A stretch of 64,000 nucleotides of DNA from Clostridia bacterium (lineage in GTDB: Bacteria; Bacillota; Clostridia; RGIG6154), in the NCBI GenBank assembly GCA_045589295.1, contig JAZNOU010000005.1, positions 114,398-178,397 of the forward strand, written 5' to 3'. Under the pieces are notes generated by a model, which was not told the DNA's origin, ran no database searches, and was given only the letters and a program-made list of their open reading frames with translations. The number at the start of each line of letters is the position of its first letter. Position 1 is the stretch's first letter. The position numbers and the translations under genes were made by a program. Below, in pieces: positions 39,035 to 49,587 of this stretch.

Positions 39035-40360
39035 ATGAATGACAATAAAACATATAAAGAGGGGCAAGATTGGTTAAGTGACATCCTCACAAATGAGGTA
39101 ACAAAAATTTGTAACAAGTGTGGCATGATACTACCAATAGATAATTTTAGAATTGTTAAAGGACAATTTCACAACCCCTACTATTTAGGACACTGCAAAA
39201 AGTGTGAATATAAATACCAAAGGGATTATCTAAAAGAAAAGAACAAGATAACACTTTCGGATAATGTAGAAATACTCATAAAAAGAAAGTTCAAAACCAT
39301 AAATCCTTATAGAATATTAGAAATAAACAAGACATCTATAGTGCCTATCGGCACAGACGAAGTTTTTGTTAAGTTAATGGATTATAAGAATGTGTGGCTT
39401 TCTAATTATGGACGTATTATAAGAAGTACGCCAAGTGGTAAATACAAGTTATTACAAGGTAGGCGTGACAAATACGGAGTGCTCTATTACACTTTGCCAA
39501 AGTTAAAACTTATTGACGGCGAATGGGGTTGTGTAAACACAAGCCTACGTGCTGCAAAAGCTGTTGTTGATGAATTTATAGTTAATCCTGACAAAGCAAA
39601 CAATATCTTTATTTGGCACAGTGGCTATAAAAAAGAGGATTGTTATTACCGAAACTTATATCCATTAAACCAAAATCAATATAAGGTCGTGAAGCAAAGC
39701 TTTACTGAAACGGGAGAAAATTCAGAAGATTTCATTATCAAAGTAATGAACGAGCCTAAATATCAACCTGATAATTGGAGCAAACAATGTTTAGAGCCTG
39801 TATTGTGCGGCATAGGATATCACGGCACTCTATACGAAAATAGCAATGTCGAATCGTATTTAAGGTGGTCTGATATGATGAATCGTTGTTATAATAAAAA
39901 ATTTCATACAAGACAGCCACAATATAAAGAATGTGTTGTATGTGAAGAATGGCATAATTACAGTAATTTCAAGGTGTGGTATGATGAGAATAAAGTTCCC
40001 GGAATGGCGTTTGATTTAGACAAAGACATCGTATTTAAAGGCAATAAAGAATACAATCCTGCAACGGTTTCTTTTGTTCCGCACATTATTAATACACTAT
40101 TTTTAAATGGCAAAAGCAATAGAGGTAGTTTGCCGTTGGGAGTGAATTTCGATAAATCTCATAATGACTATAGGGCACAAATGAACGTTATGGGAAAAAT
40201 AAAGAAATTAGGTTATTTTAACAACGCCATAGACGCATTTAACAAATATAAGGAATATAAAGAAACATTTATTAAAAACATGGCTGAGCAATATAAGGCT
40301 CAGATACCATATAAAACGTACATAGCAATGTTAAATTGGGAAGTGGAAACCACCGACTAA
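39035..40360 (+). CDS. phage HNH-type endonuclease-like protein with NUMOD4-like and AP2 domains
   Basis: CNKC..CKKC, WLSNYGRI, WSDMMNRCY...VCEEWHNYSNF...LDKD..GNKEY, LPLGV...YRAQ...LGYF. Confidence 0.75.
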   Translation: MNDNKTYKEGQDWLSDILTNEVTKICNKCGMILPIDNFRIVKGQFHNPYYLGHCKKCEYKYQRDYLKEKNKITLSDNVEILIKRKFKTINPYRILEINKTSIVPIGTDEVFVKLMDYKNVWLSNYGRIIRSTPSGKYKLLQGRRDKYGVLYYTLPKLKLIDGEWGCVNTSLRAAKAVVDEFIVNPDKANNIFIWHSGYKKEDCYYRNLYPLNQNQYKVVKQSFTETGENSEDFIIKVMNEPKYQPDNWSKQCLEPVLCGIGYHGTLYENSNVESYLRWSDMMNRCYNKKFHTRQPQYKECVVCEEWHNYSNFKVWYDENKVPGMAFDLDKDIVFKGNKEYNPATVSFVPHIINTLFLNGKSNRGSLPLGVNFDKSHNDYRAQMNVMGKIKKLGYFNNAIDAFNKYKEYKETFIKNMAEQYKAQIPYKTYIAMLNWEVETTD

Positions 40361-40441
40361 TTTATTATACCTCTATAAAGGCTATATTGGATATTGATTT
40401 ATCTGATATAGCCTTTATCTGTTGTAAAGAAGGGAGGCTAA

Positions 40442-40894
40442 ATGAGCATACAGCAACAGCTACAAAAAATTACAAGCCGGATAGATTTAAAGTTAAACCG
40501 AGCAGCACAAGAAATTATGCTAAAGACTAAAGAACAACTCAAAGAGTCTGTTAATGATATATGGTATTCCACCTACTCACCTACAGATTATATTCGCACA
40601 TACGAAACGATTGATGCGGTTAGTGGTAAGGTGGTAAAAAATAGCAAAGGTAATTACACAATAGAGGTGTATTTTGATGAGAATTTAATGAATTCAAAAT
40701 CAAGCACCTATGGCTGGGGTACACACTCAGGCTTTGATGGTGGAGATTTTAGGAAAGGTCTTATTAGCAGTATTATTCACGGCATGGGTGGTTCTAAAAA
40801 CAATCCCAGGTATGGTGAATCCACCAATGTTATTGAGGTGGTTAAACAAGAAGCAGAAAGATATGCAAATAGCATATTAAGAAAATATTTATAA
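40442..40894 (+). CDS. putative tail completion/neck protein (HK97 gp10-like)
   Basis: WYSTYSPTDYIRTYETIDAV resembles siphophage tail-completion proteins; lies upstream of TMP. Confidence 0.5.
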   Translation: MSIQQQLQKITSRIDLKLNRAAQEIMLKTKEQLKESVNDIWYSTYSPTDYIRTYETIDAVSGKVVKNSKGNYTIEVYFDENLMNSKSSTYGWGTHSGFDGGDFRKGLISSIIHGMGGSKNNPRYGESTNVIEVVKQEAERYANSILRKYL

Positions 40895-40918
40895 AAAATT
40901 TAGGAGGATTTAATAGTT

Positions 40919-41410
40919 ATGAATAAAAGAATTGATTACAAAGGAACAGATATTACAGAGATTTATAAGTTGGCTCTTATTGGTGCTGAGTTTGTAACAG
41001 AAAAGAATGAAAATGGTATCGCACTTGTTAATTCACTTAATAAAGAGCTTTATACAAAGACCGTTTTGCTTGCAAGGTTTTTAAAAGTCGTTGACATTCC
41101 CGAAGACAGAGTTATGAACTTAGATCAGTACAAAGACAATGACTTTACTGTTACAAGCTTTTCCTGTGGTAGAATGACAAGAAAATTAAGAGCAGATTAT
41201 GATTTGTTCACATCTATGCTTAATGACGAAATAAGAAATTGTCTTGAAAGAGAAAACGATGTTAACATCCGTATTAATGAGATGATGGCAGTAGACTTAT
41301 CTCCTGAAAACCTTGAAATTATGCAGAAAAATGCCAAAGAGTTTACATCACATTTAAAGAAGATTACCAAACTTATTGAAAAGGCAGATACTACAAAAGT
41401 TAAAGCGTAA
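40919..41410 (+). CDS. hypothetical protein, possible tail assembly chaperone
   Basis: 163 aa helical protein immediately upstream of TMP; RBS AGGAGG. Confidence 0.45.
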   Translation: MNKRIDYKGTDITEIYKLALIGAEFVTEKNENGIALVNSLNKELYTKTVLLARFLKVVDIPEDRVMNLDQYKDNDFTVTSFSCGRMTRKLRADYDLFTSMLNDEIRNCLERENDVNIRINEMMAVDLSPENLEIMQKNAKEFTSHLKKITKLIEKADTTKVKA

Positions 41411-41421
41411 GGAGGTAGTCT

Positions 41422-44400
41422 ATGGCTAATAGTGATGATAGAATTCTTTTAAATTTAGTCTTAAATGAGGCAACAGTTAGCGCTGTTGAAGGCAGGATTC
41501 GTAATCTTGTAAATAGACTAAATAATACAAGTATCAGTTTGAATATCAATGGGCGAAATCTTGATAATATCGTAAATCGCCTTAACGATATACAACAGCG
41601 AATGCAGACGATAAATTCTACGCCTGTAAATATCAATGCTAATCTTACATCTGCGCAACAACAGCACCGCCTTGAGACGGAACGTATGCGTGTTGCACAG
41701 CAGTTAGAGTTATCAAGGCAAAGAACATTACAGACCGAAAACCAGGCTATTTCCGCTCTTGCACAGCAAAATAGAACACTGACTGTTAATAATAATGTTA
41801 CTCACCAAATTGAACAAAACACCCAAAACATAGGTAACAATATGAATGTTGCCGGAGGTCATGCAAGAGATTTTGTTGACTACCTTTCGGACGGCGTTAG
41901 ATACTTGGTTACATACAGAAGTCTTTATGCTATTATGAATCAAATCGGTGAAGCCTTTTCTGAAATGAAATCCGTCGATTCTGCCGCAATTCAGGTACGC
42001 AAAACAACAGGTATGTCAAAAGACGAAATTGAAGCAATTAAGAAAGCATCTTATGGTGTTGCAACAGAATATGGTAGGTCGGCAAGTGAATATCTTGAAT
42101 CTGTATCTGAGTTTGCACGTGCCGGATATAAACAACATAGTACAGAACTTGGAAAATTAAGTTTGCTCACACAAAACGTCGGCGATGTATCAGCAGAATC
42201 AGCCGATAAGCTTTTGATAGCGGTAGATGCTGCTTATCAGTTAGAAGGGAATGTGGCAGAGCTTACAAATGTCATAAATGCCTTAAATAACATTGCAAAT
42301 AAGAATCCTACTTCTATGCAAAAGATGGCAGACGGTTTACAGGTGTCAGCATCTATGGCAAAAACCGCAGGTGTGGATATTTCTGAATTAACCGCACTAA
42401 TTGGTACAGGTACGGCGGTCACTCAGCGTGAAGGCTCTGAAATTTCGAGAGCTTTAAGAACAATTTTGCTTAATATCAGGCAAGTAAAGGGTGAGCTTGA
42501 TGATGGTACTATTATTGATGAAGAATCTATTGCAAAAGCAGAAGCAGCCTTAAAAGGTGTTGGCATTTCAACAAAAGAAGTCGTTAATGGTGTGCGAGAA
42601 CTAAGAAATCCTATGGAAGTTCTTGATGAACTTTCCGATAAGTGGCATACTTTGGGAACTGAAGCAAAAAGTGTTCTTACAGAAAGTATAGCAAATAAGA
42701 GACAAGCTAATGTTCTTTCTGGTATTCTCGACAATTGGTCTATGGTAGAGAAAATGCAAAGTGAGTATTTTAACTCTGCTAATAGTGCCATTGAAGAAAA
42801 TATCTTATATCTTGAAGGATGGGAAGCGAAAAGCAAGGTAGTAAGTGCAAAGTGGACGGAATACATCTCAAATCTTGCAGATGCGAAAGTCATTACAGGA
42901 ACATTGGATGCTTTGTATGGATTGCTCACGGCACTTGATACCCCTATCGGAAGAATAGCAACTCAAATCGTACTTGTAAATACAGCATTGGCAGTTACGG
43001 GTAGATTATGGCAGCAAATCCGAGCAAGAAGTATTGTTGCAGATATTCTCTCTATGGGTGTAGCTGAAAGAAGTCTTGGAACGGCTATAGGACTTGTAAC
43101 AGAACATTTAGGTAGACAAGCATTGGCTTGGGCTTCATCACCTTTCGGTGTAGCTACAATAGCTATCTCAGGTATATCTCTACTTATTTCAGGTATCTCA
43201 AAATACAATGAAAAACTTGAAGAATCTCGCCAAGAGATGATTGAGACCGGTAAAGAAGCAGCACAGTTAACTAAAGATCTAGACGGACTTGTTGAAGAAT
43301 ATCGCAAACTTGGCACAGATGGAAAGTTTGATAATTCTGACAGAGAGCAAGCAAAGAATATACAAGAACAAATAAATGAGTTGCTTGGGGATGAAGTTGG
43401 CAATATAAACCTTGCCAACGGTAAATATGAAGACCAGTTAAAACTACTTCGTGATATACAATATGAAAAAGCAAAAGAAAAGAATTACGACTTAGAAACA
43501 GCATATACATCTTCAAAAGAAAGTTTACTTTATAAGGCTGATAATGTAGGTGTTGGTGCTTGGGCTGCTGATTCTGAAGTAGAGGCTATTAAAAACTTAA
43601 AGTCCGAGTTAAAAGATATGGATAAGTATTTCCATGCTTATGAAGCAACTGGAAATGGTGGTGCTAATTCAGCATTCTTTAAAGTTGATACTTCTTCTGC
43701 TGAGGCAGTTGTTGAGTCTTACGAAAAGATGGTTGAGGTAAAAAGAGTTCTTGAAGATTCACACCATGACGAAATACAGGCTGGTGGAGCATTGGAGGAC
43801 TTTTACAACAACCTTAAAGACGAGATAAATGATTTATCAGATGCGGTTACGAAATACAAAGATGCTATGAGTAACTACAACGTTAACCAAGCTGTAATAA
43901 TGTTTAATGAGCAAACTTTCGAAGGTCTAGCTGAAGAATTTGATGGTTTAACATTTGCTACTGTAAAAACTGAAGATCAGTTGCTTGCTTTAATGACAGC
44001 AATGATAAATCTTGATGGTGTTTCCGATGATATAAAATACAATATCATTGGTCTTGCAAGAACAAATTATCCAGAAATGTCAAAAGCTATAGATGACGCA
44101 ACGGCTAAATTTGTAAGAGGCGAAATTGCAAGTGGAAATTTCAAAGGTAGTTTAGCATCTGTCGCATCTCAGTGCGGAATGGCAACAAAAGACCTTGCCA
44201 CTATGATTCTCAAGATGATAAATCTTAATGAGACCAAACTTAATCTTAGCCAGCAGATTTCTGAGATTCTGAAATTAAGGGCTGCTATGGATATGTCTGA
44301 TATTAAAGGGTCAGACATATATGATGCTGGTGGCAAATGGATTGGGAAAGATAAGTACCTTCTTGACGGCAAAGAATATACCTACAACGAAGCCATACGT

Positions 44401-46497
44401 AAAGTTGCATACGACAAGACGATGGAAGAAATCAACAAACTTGGCAATGGCAATACCAGTGGTAACACTCCTCCATACACTTCTTCTGACGACAAATCCG
44501 GCTCCGACAAAAACGAAGCACTTGACAATTACCTCAAAGACGCAGAAAGTCGTTACAAAATTCATCAAGATGAAGCTAAATACATCAATGACTTACAATG
44601 GGCTTCTGAGAACCTAACCAAGACCGACAAAGAACGTCTTGAAATAGCGGGTAAAATCAACGAAGCATATCGCGACCTTGCAGACAATCGTATTAAAGAT
44701 TTAGAGCATCAAAATGAGTTATTACTTGCACAGGGTAAAACCGAGTATGATTTAATATCTAATTATAGACAGATGCAAGATGTTCTTCACGCAGAAGCCG
44801 AGAGACTTCGTGGTCAGGGCTATGATGACAACTCTAATGAAATTCAAGACCTTCAGAGCAAATGGCTTGACTACGATAAAAAGATTCTTGATGCAGACCT
44901 TGAAAACTCTAAGAAATGGATTGAGGCTCGTAAGAATTATGGCGATTGGAGCAGTTGGGGCGACAGCGAAGTTGAGGCTTGGGGACGTGTATTAAAGCGC
45001 CTCAGAGAAGAATACCCCAACGCGGTAAAAGAGATTGCTGAGATAGAAGCCGAATATCGCGACGCTGTTTTAGACGGCATAAGCAGATATTACGACGACC
45101 AAATTGAGCAACTCGAAAAACAAAACGAGAAAATCAAAGAGAATTGGGAACTTCAGAAATCTCAATGGCAATCACTTCTTACACTTCAAGAAAAATACTT
45201 TGAAAATGCTAACTTTGTAGAAGATACTCAAGCAGACATCAGAAAAGAACTCGATGCTTCTATGACGATGTATAAGTATCTTGATGAAGATACCAGAGTG
45301 TTATTATTCAACGAAGATGATTATATCGCTTTGAGTAACGCTTTAGAAAAATTAGATGCAGAAAACGAAGCTTTAAAAGATGCATATAAAAGTGATATTT
45401 GGTCTGCAACCGCAGAAACTATTGCAGAGGTTACTCAGCATTATGAACATCAGTTTGAGTTAAAACAAAAAGAGTATGAAATCTTAAGAGCAACGTTAGA
45501 TGTTGAGAAGAAACGTACTGAACTTAACAATGTTTTAAATGAACGCAATACTAAGATGTTTATTAATGGTCAGTGGCAATGGGTTGCTAACGCAGAGGAT
45601 GTTAAGAATGCTCAGGAGGCTTTAGCTGATGCAGAACTTGAGGCTGCAAAAACAATTAGGGATAAAGAGCAAACTTTGGCAAATCAAGAACTTGAAGCAC
45701 ATATTTCAAGACTTGAAACTCAAGAAAAATTCCTTGACAAAGAGCTTAAAGACGCGCAGGATAAATGGGATGAAATTCAAGAATCATTAGAAGACCCTGT
45801 TGCTAATATTACAGATATTCTTAAAGATGTTGCAGAAAACGGAACTCCGCAACTTAAGAGTATTATTGATGATATTTCAACTAATTTGAATAGATTGAAT
45901 AAGAGTCTCAATATATCAACAACAGTGCCCACTGGTTCATCAAGTTCAGGTAGTTCGGGTGGTTCGTCATCTACAGGCTCGTCATGGGAAGGTTCTAATG
46001 CTCAAAAAGAATTTTATAAATCACAAGACTATGCAGCGGGCATACAAGACGCTCTGTCTAAAGGCGATGTTGGCACTGCACTTGCAGGAAATGCATTAAG
46101 AAACGACAAGATTGACAAGCTTGGCTTAGACCCGAGTTTGAAATGGTCGGATAGTGATATCATAAACGGCAAAGTGTATGATAGTGGCGGTGTTGCAAGT
46201 GGTAAAGGCTTACTTGCTAAAGCCGTAGACGATGAAGAAATTGTACTTCCTCCCCACCTTACAAAACTTGTTCTTAGTCCTGAACATAATGACAATTTTA
46301 ATAACTTAGTGAAGGGCTTGGAGTGCTTCTATAACTTCCCTAATGTTAATACAACTACATTACCGCCATTTGTTCAAAAAACAAGCAATGTAACTTACGA
46401 CAATAGGACATATAATAATATCAAAGGGATAACATTAAGTCCACAAGAGAGTGAAGCACTTTCTTCGGTACTCAGCAGAATTATTCCTAATCATTAA
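41422..46497 (+). CDS. phage tail tape measure protein (TP901-like domain)
   Basis: VRKTTGMS...FARAGY...NVGDVSAE...IANKNPTS...ELTALIGT...EISRALRTI core, long coiled coils, C-terminal YDSGG...EIVLP. Confidence 0.92.
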   Translation: MANSDDRILLNLVLNEATVSAVEGRIRNLVNRLNNTSISLNINGRNLDNIVNRLNDIQQRMQTINSTPVNINANLTSAQQQHRLETERMRVAQQLELSRQRTLQTENQAISALAQQNRTLTVNNNVTHQIEQNTQNIGNNMNVAGGHARDFVDYLSDGVRYLVTYRSLYAIMNQIGEAFSEMKSVDSAAIQVRKTTGMSKDEIEAIKKASYGVATEYGRSASEYLESVSEFARAGYKQHSTELGKLSLLTQNVGDVSAESADKLLIAVDAAYQLEGNVAELTNVINALNNIANKNPTSMQKMADGLQVSASMAKTAGVDISELTALIGTGTAVTQREGSEISRALRTILLNIRQVKGELDDGTIIDEESIAKAEAALKGVGISTKEVVNGVRELRNPMEVLDELSDKWHTLGTEAKSVLTESIANKRQANVLSGILDNWSMVEKMQSEYFNSANSAIEENILYLEGWEAKSKVVSAKWTEYISNLADAKVITGTLDALYGLLTALDTPIGRIATQIVLVNTALAVTGRLWQQIRARSIVADILSMGVAERSLGTAIGLVTEHLGRQALAWASSPFGVATIAISGISLLISGISKYNEKLEESRQEMIETGKEAAQLTKDLDGLVEEYRKLGTDGKFDNSDREQAKNIQEQINELLGDEVGNINLANGKYEDQLKLLRDIQYEKAKEKNYDLETAYTSSKESLLYKADNVGVGAWAADSEVEAIKNLKSELKDMDKYFHAYEATGNGGANSAFFKVDTSSAEAVVESYEKMVEVKRVLEDSHHDEIQAGGALEDFYNNLKDEINDLSDAVTKYKDAMSNYNVNQAVIMFNEQTFEGLAEEFDGLTFATVKTEDQLLALMTAMINLDGVSDDIKYNIIGLARTNYPEMSKAIDDATAKFVRGEIASGNFKGSLASVASQCGMATKDLATMILKMINLNETKLNLSQQISEILKLRAAMDMSDIKGSDIYDAGGKWIGKDKYLLDGKEYTYNEAIRKVAYDKTMEEINKLGNGNTSGNTPPYTSSDDKSGSDKNEALDNYLKDAESRYKIHQDEAKYINDLQWASENLTKTDKERLEIAGKINEAYRDLADNRIKDLEHQNELLLAQGKTEYDLISNYRQMQDVLHAEAERLRGQGYDDNSNEIQDLQSKWLDYDKKILDADLENSKKWIEARKNYGDWSSWGDSEVEAWGRVLKRLREEYPNAVKEIAEIEAEYRDAVLDGISRYYDDQIEQLEKQNEKIKENWELQKSQWQSLLTLQEKYFENANFVEDTQADIRKELDASMTMYKYLDEDTRVLLFNEDDYIALSNALEKLDAENEALKDAYKSDIWSATAETIAEVTQHYEHQFELKQKEYEILRATLDVEKKRTELNNVLNERNTKMFINGQWQWVANAEDVKNAQEALADAELEAAKTIRDKEQTLANQELEAHISRLETQEKFLDKELKDAQDKWDEIQESLEDPVANITDILKDVAENGTPQLKSIIDDISTNLNRLNKSLNISTTVPTGSSSSGSSGGSSSTGSSWEGSNAQKEFYKSQDYAAGIQDALSKGDVGTALAGNALRNDKIDKLGLDPSLKWSDSDIINGKVYDSGGVASGKGLLAKAVDDEEIVLPPHLTKLVLSPEHNDNFNNLVKGLECFYNFPNVNTTTLPPFVQKTSNVTYDNRTYNNIKGITLSPQESEALSSVLSRIIPNH

Positions 46498-46506
46498 AAT
46501 GAGCAC

Positions 46507-46528
46507 AGGGAGCCTAAAAGGCTCCCTA
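46507..46528 (+). terminator. hairpin after TMP
   Basis: AGGGAGCC-taaaa-GGCTCCCT. Confidence 0.7.
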
Positions 46529-46600
46529 TTACAATATAAAAAGAAAATTGAAAATTTTGTCACCTTATGATATAATATAATACCAAAAAGAGGTGACAAT

Positions 46601-47107
46601 ATGGAATTTAATGTATTTAAAATCATAGAGAGTTTTAAAGATGCAAAAAAGATATTTATCAATAAGACATTTAATGATATGAAGAAAATATCTTCGACTG
46701 TTCTACAAATGCTTGTTGAAATTAAAGAAACCCCTGTTAAATGTGAGACCATTATATATAAAAACCGAAATCAAATACAACCGGAAATTACACGTTTAAT
46801 TAAAAATTTTGAGGGAAAATATTATTTAAGAAGTAAAGCAAGATTAAAATATGCAAATGCATCAATTAGTTTTTTAAAAGAATTAAAACACATTCTAGAC
46901 CTTCCTTGCAAACCCTATTCTGATTTAACGTGTAACTCTTTTCTTACTTTAATAGAACATAGAGATTATTTCATTATTTATTCATACGGCGAAGACACCT
47001 TTCTTGAAAAAATAAGGAAACTATCTATCTATTACTATCGAAAAGTTGATGATGATTGGAATTCTGTTTGTGGGGCAAAAACTCTAATAGACAATTCGAT
47101 TATTTAA
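46601..47107 (+). CDS. hypothetical protein
   Basis: 168 aa, own promoter-like TATAAT and RBS GAGGTG. Confidence 0.65.
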   Translation: MEFNVFKIIESFKDAKKIFINKTFNDMKKISSTVLQMLVEIKETPVKCETIIYKNRNQIQPEITRLIKNFEGKYYLRSKARLKYANASISFLKELKHILDLPCKPYSDLTCNSFLTLIEHRDYFIIYSYGEDTFLEKIRKLSIYYYRKVDDDWNSVCGAKTLIDNSII

Positions 47108-47193
47108 ATCTACATTAAATAAGTATATAAAATCATAGCACCCAAGACGGGTGCTATTTTGACAAGAATTATGTATAGAAATTTTAACCAGGG

Positions 47194-48159
47194 TTAAACC
47201 AATCTCTTTGAAAAATCCCCAAAAAGGCTACCTCCAGTTAAAGCAATTGATGGATATACAATATCAGCGATATTCGTGTTTGCTGCGCATAAGATTATAA
47301 CAAATATAGAAATTGCAACAACTGCCTGAATAGCAGACGATGTTAATCTGATTCGATGTATTTTTAATGGTACAACAAATATGTTTGTAAAAGAATTTAA
47401 TATTTTATTATTTTTCGAAGATGATAGCAGGAGATTTGAAGTAAAATAACTTATTGGTGCTACTACAACAAATTTTGGCTCTAGCCCATGAAATACAATA
47501 ATGCTTATTAGCGAATATGCAAACATTGATATTAGAGTAAATATTACTGCATTTAAAAGCACATTTAAACATTTTCTTCCTATATTTAAAATTTTGTTGG
47601 ATGTTTCAATTTGGGTACAACTTTCTTTCAATATATCAGCGACGTCATGTATGGCTATCTTGATTTTCTCCATTTGTTCATTGTTTGAAAATGCTATATT
47701 GTAAATTGATTCCATCTTTTTCATATTACTTTCGTAAAATTGTAATGAAATGAAATGTGATAAATGTTCGTGATAAGCAATTTGTTCTTTTAAATAATCG
47801 TCGAAGATTTTTACTATGTCCTTAACGTCCTTATTTGTATAATACTGTAATTTGTACATTTCGGTTTTTGATATTAATTCTTCAAGATTTGAAACATCGA
47901 CATCTTTGACAATTAGCTCTTTAAATATTTCTCTGTGGGATTTAATAGGAGCTTCTGACTTCATTCTTCTAATGGCTTTGTCTACTGAATGTTCAAATTC
48001 TCTTTGGCACGTGGTTTGTTGTTCTGGTGTCATCTCTGCGACCGCATTAAGAATATCACTTACAGGAGAGAACCACCCGTATACAAAAGAAAATACCGAA
48101 CACGCATACGATGAAAGAATGCAGATTTTTTTAATTGGAATCACTTCTAATATTTTCAT
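47194..48159 (-). CDS. hypothetical membrane protein (soluble helical N-half, about 4 C-terminal TM)
   Basis: 321 aa; RBS AAGGAG; hydrophobic C-terminal segments. Confidence 0.7.
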   Translation of the reverse strand: MKILEVIPIKKICILSSYACSVFSFVYGWFSPVSDILNAVAEMTPEQQTTCQREFEHSVDKAIRRMKSEAPIKSHREIFKELIVKDVDVSNLEELISKTEMYKLQYYTNKDVKDIVKIFDDYLKEQIAYHEHLSHFISLQFYESNMKKMESIYNIAFSNNEQMEKIKIAIHDVADILKESCTQIETSNKILNIGRKCLNVLLNAVIFTLISMFAYSLISIIVFHGLEPKFVVVAPISYFTSNLLLSSSKNNKILNSFTNIFVVPLKIHRIRLTSSAIQAVVAISIFVIILCAANTNIADIVYPSIALTGGSLFGDFSKRLV

Positions 48160-48338
48160 AGTATATTACTCCTTCCATTTCAACTTGTAGTATTATCACT
48201 AACGATGTGCAAATTATTGTTAGGACTATGAACTCATCGAACCTTATTATACCATAATTTACAAATTTTACAATATCTCTTGTATGTTTTATCAAAATAT
48301 GTTATAATTTGAGAAAATTATAACAAGGTGATATACAC

Positions 48339-48539
48339 ATGATAGACAATACAAATAACAACAGTAATAAAGAGCAAACGGGCGGATGCGGACATTCGCA
48401 CACTCATTGTGATCAGGCGATAATCAGTGAAACCAATAGCATAAAACAGATATTTAATATTCAGTCAAGTGGCACTAAGCCATATGATACAAATAACATG
48501 TTAAAATCGTCAGATTCAAACAAAACAAATAATAAATGA
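48339..48539 (+). CDS. small low-complexity protein
   Basis: 66 aa, RBS AAGGTG, stop codon adjoins RBS of next gene. Confidence 0.5.
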   Translation: MIDNTNNNSNKEQTGGCGHSHTHCDQAIISETNSIKQIFNIQSSGTKPYDTNNMLKSSDSNKTNNK

Positions 48540-48540
48540 G

Positions 48541-49119
48541 GTGATTTACATAGAAGAATTCTTGTTGCTATTACAAAACATTCCCACAATCCTACAATAC
48601 TTTTTGCCGGGATATTGGGCTATTATATTATTTTCGTTCCTCAGTTCTAAGAAAATTGACAAAAAAATGATATTGGTGTTAAGTTGTTTGTTCAGTTATT
48701 TAAGCATTACGCTTATATCGCTATTTCGACAGATTGATAATACACTTATATTGTCAGGTGTATCGTTTGTCTTTTTAATGGTATTGGCTATAGTTGTTTC
48801 AGTTCTACATTCGGCTAAGTGGTTTAAAAAGATATTGGTAAAACTATTTCATAAAACGCAGCATAGCGACATATGGCATGATGTTTTAGAATTGGACAAG
48901 GGATCAAATCTTAAAGTGTATTTCAAGGACAATAGCATCGGAATTATCGGACATCACGTAGTACACGAAGAAAAAGGCAATGATTCTTGGTTTGCTATAT
49001 CCGCCCCAATGAAATTTAATGTTAAAACTGATGAAACAATTGATGATAAAAACAAAGACAACAAAGATGTGATTGTAACCTTTAGATTAAGTGATGTCGA
49101 ACACATTGAAGTATTTTAA
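48541..49119 (+). CDS. DUF6338-like membrane protein
   Basis: YFLPGY, 3 TM, then DIW...LKVYFKD...IIG soluble domain. Confidence 0.6.
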   Translation: MIYIEEFLLLLQNIPTILQYFLPGYWAIILFSFLSSKKIDKKMILVLSCLFSYLSITLISLFRQIDNTLILSGVSFVFLMVLAIVVSVLHSAKWFKKILVKLFHKTQHSDIWHDVLELDKGSNLKVYFKDNSIGIIGHHVVHEEKGNDSWFAISAPMKFNVKTDETIDDKNKDNKDVIVTFRLSDVEHIEVF

Positions 49120-49299
49120 GAGACATGTCATTTGACATGTCTCTTTTTATATCTAAACAGTTATTATCGCTCTTATAAAGTGTTTTTTAAAGAAGTTTTA
49201 AAAGTGTTGATCTTTGAGGACGATATTTATTGCAAAAGTGTGATGATTAAAACTGATAATCAAAAGGGTATCCACCCCCGCCCTGTTATCATTTGAGTT

Positions 49300-49587
49300 T
49301 CATGAATAAAATTCTTTTATTTTTGCAAGTTCTATCTCGCATTCGTCAAAACATGGCTTGTACCAACTACGAGTCATTATGCTATGTCGATACAAGAGAA
49401 TGCCTATATCATCATATCTTTCTTCGTCCAATAGTTTAAAATAAAAGCTTAACTTATTAACCATTTCAACATTAATCGATTTCATTTGTTTATCCGATAA
49501 ACATCCACACGAATGATACTCTTCAACAATTCCATTGCGGAATATATAACTCACAAGACTCTTAGCTAATATTTCATACTCAAACAT
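49300..49587 (-). CDS. hypothetical protein
   Basis: 95 aa, FRNGIVEEYH...LSDKQMKSIN; RBS AAGGTG. Confidence 0.65.
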   Translation of the reverse strand: MFEYEILAKSLVSYIFRNGIVEEYHSCGCLSDKQMKSINVEMVNKLSFYFKLLDEERYDDIGILLYRHSIMTRSWYKPCFDECEIELAKIKEFYS

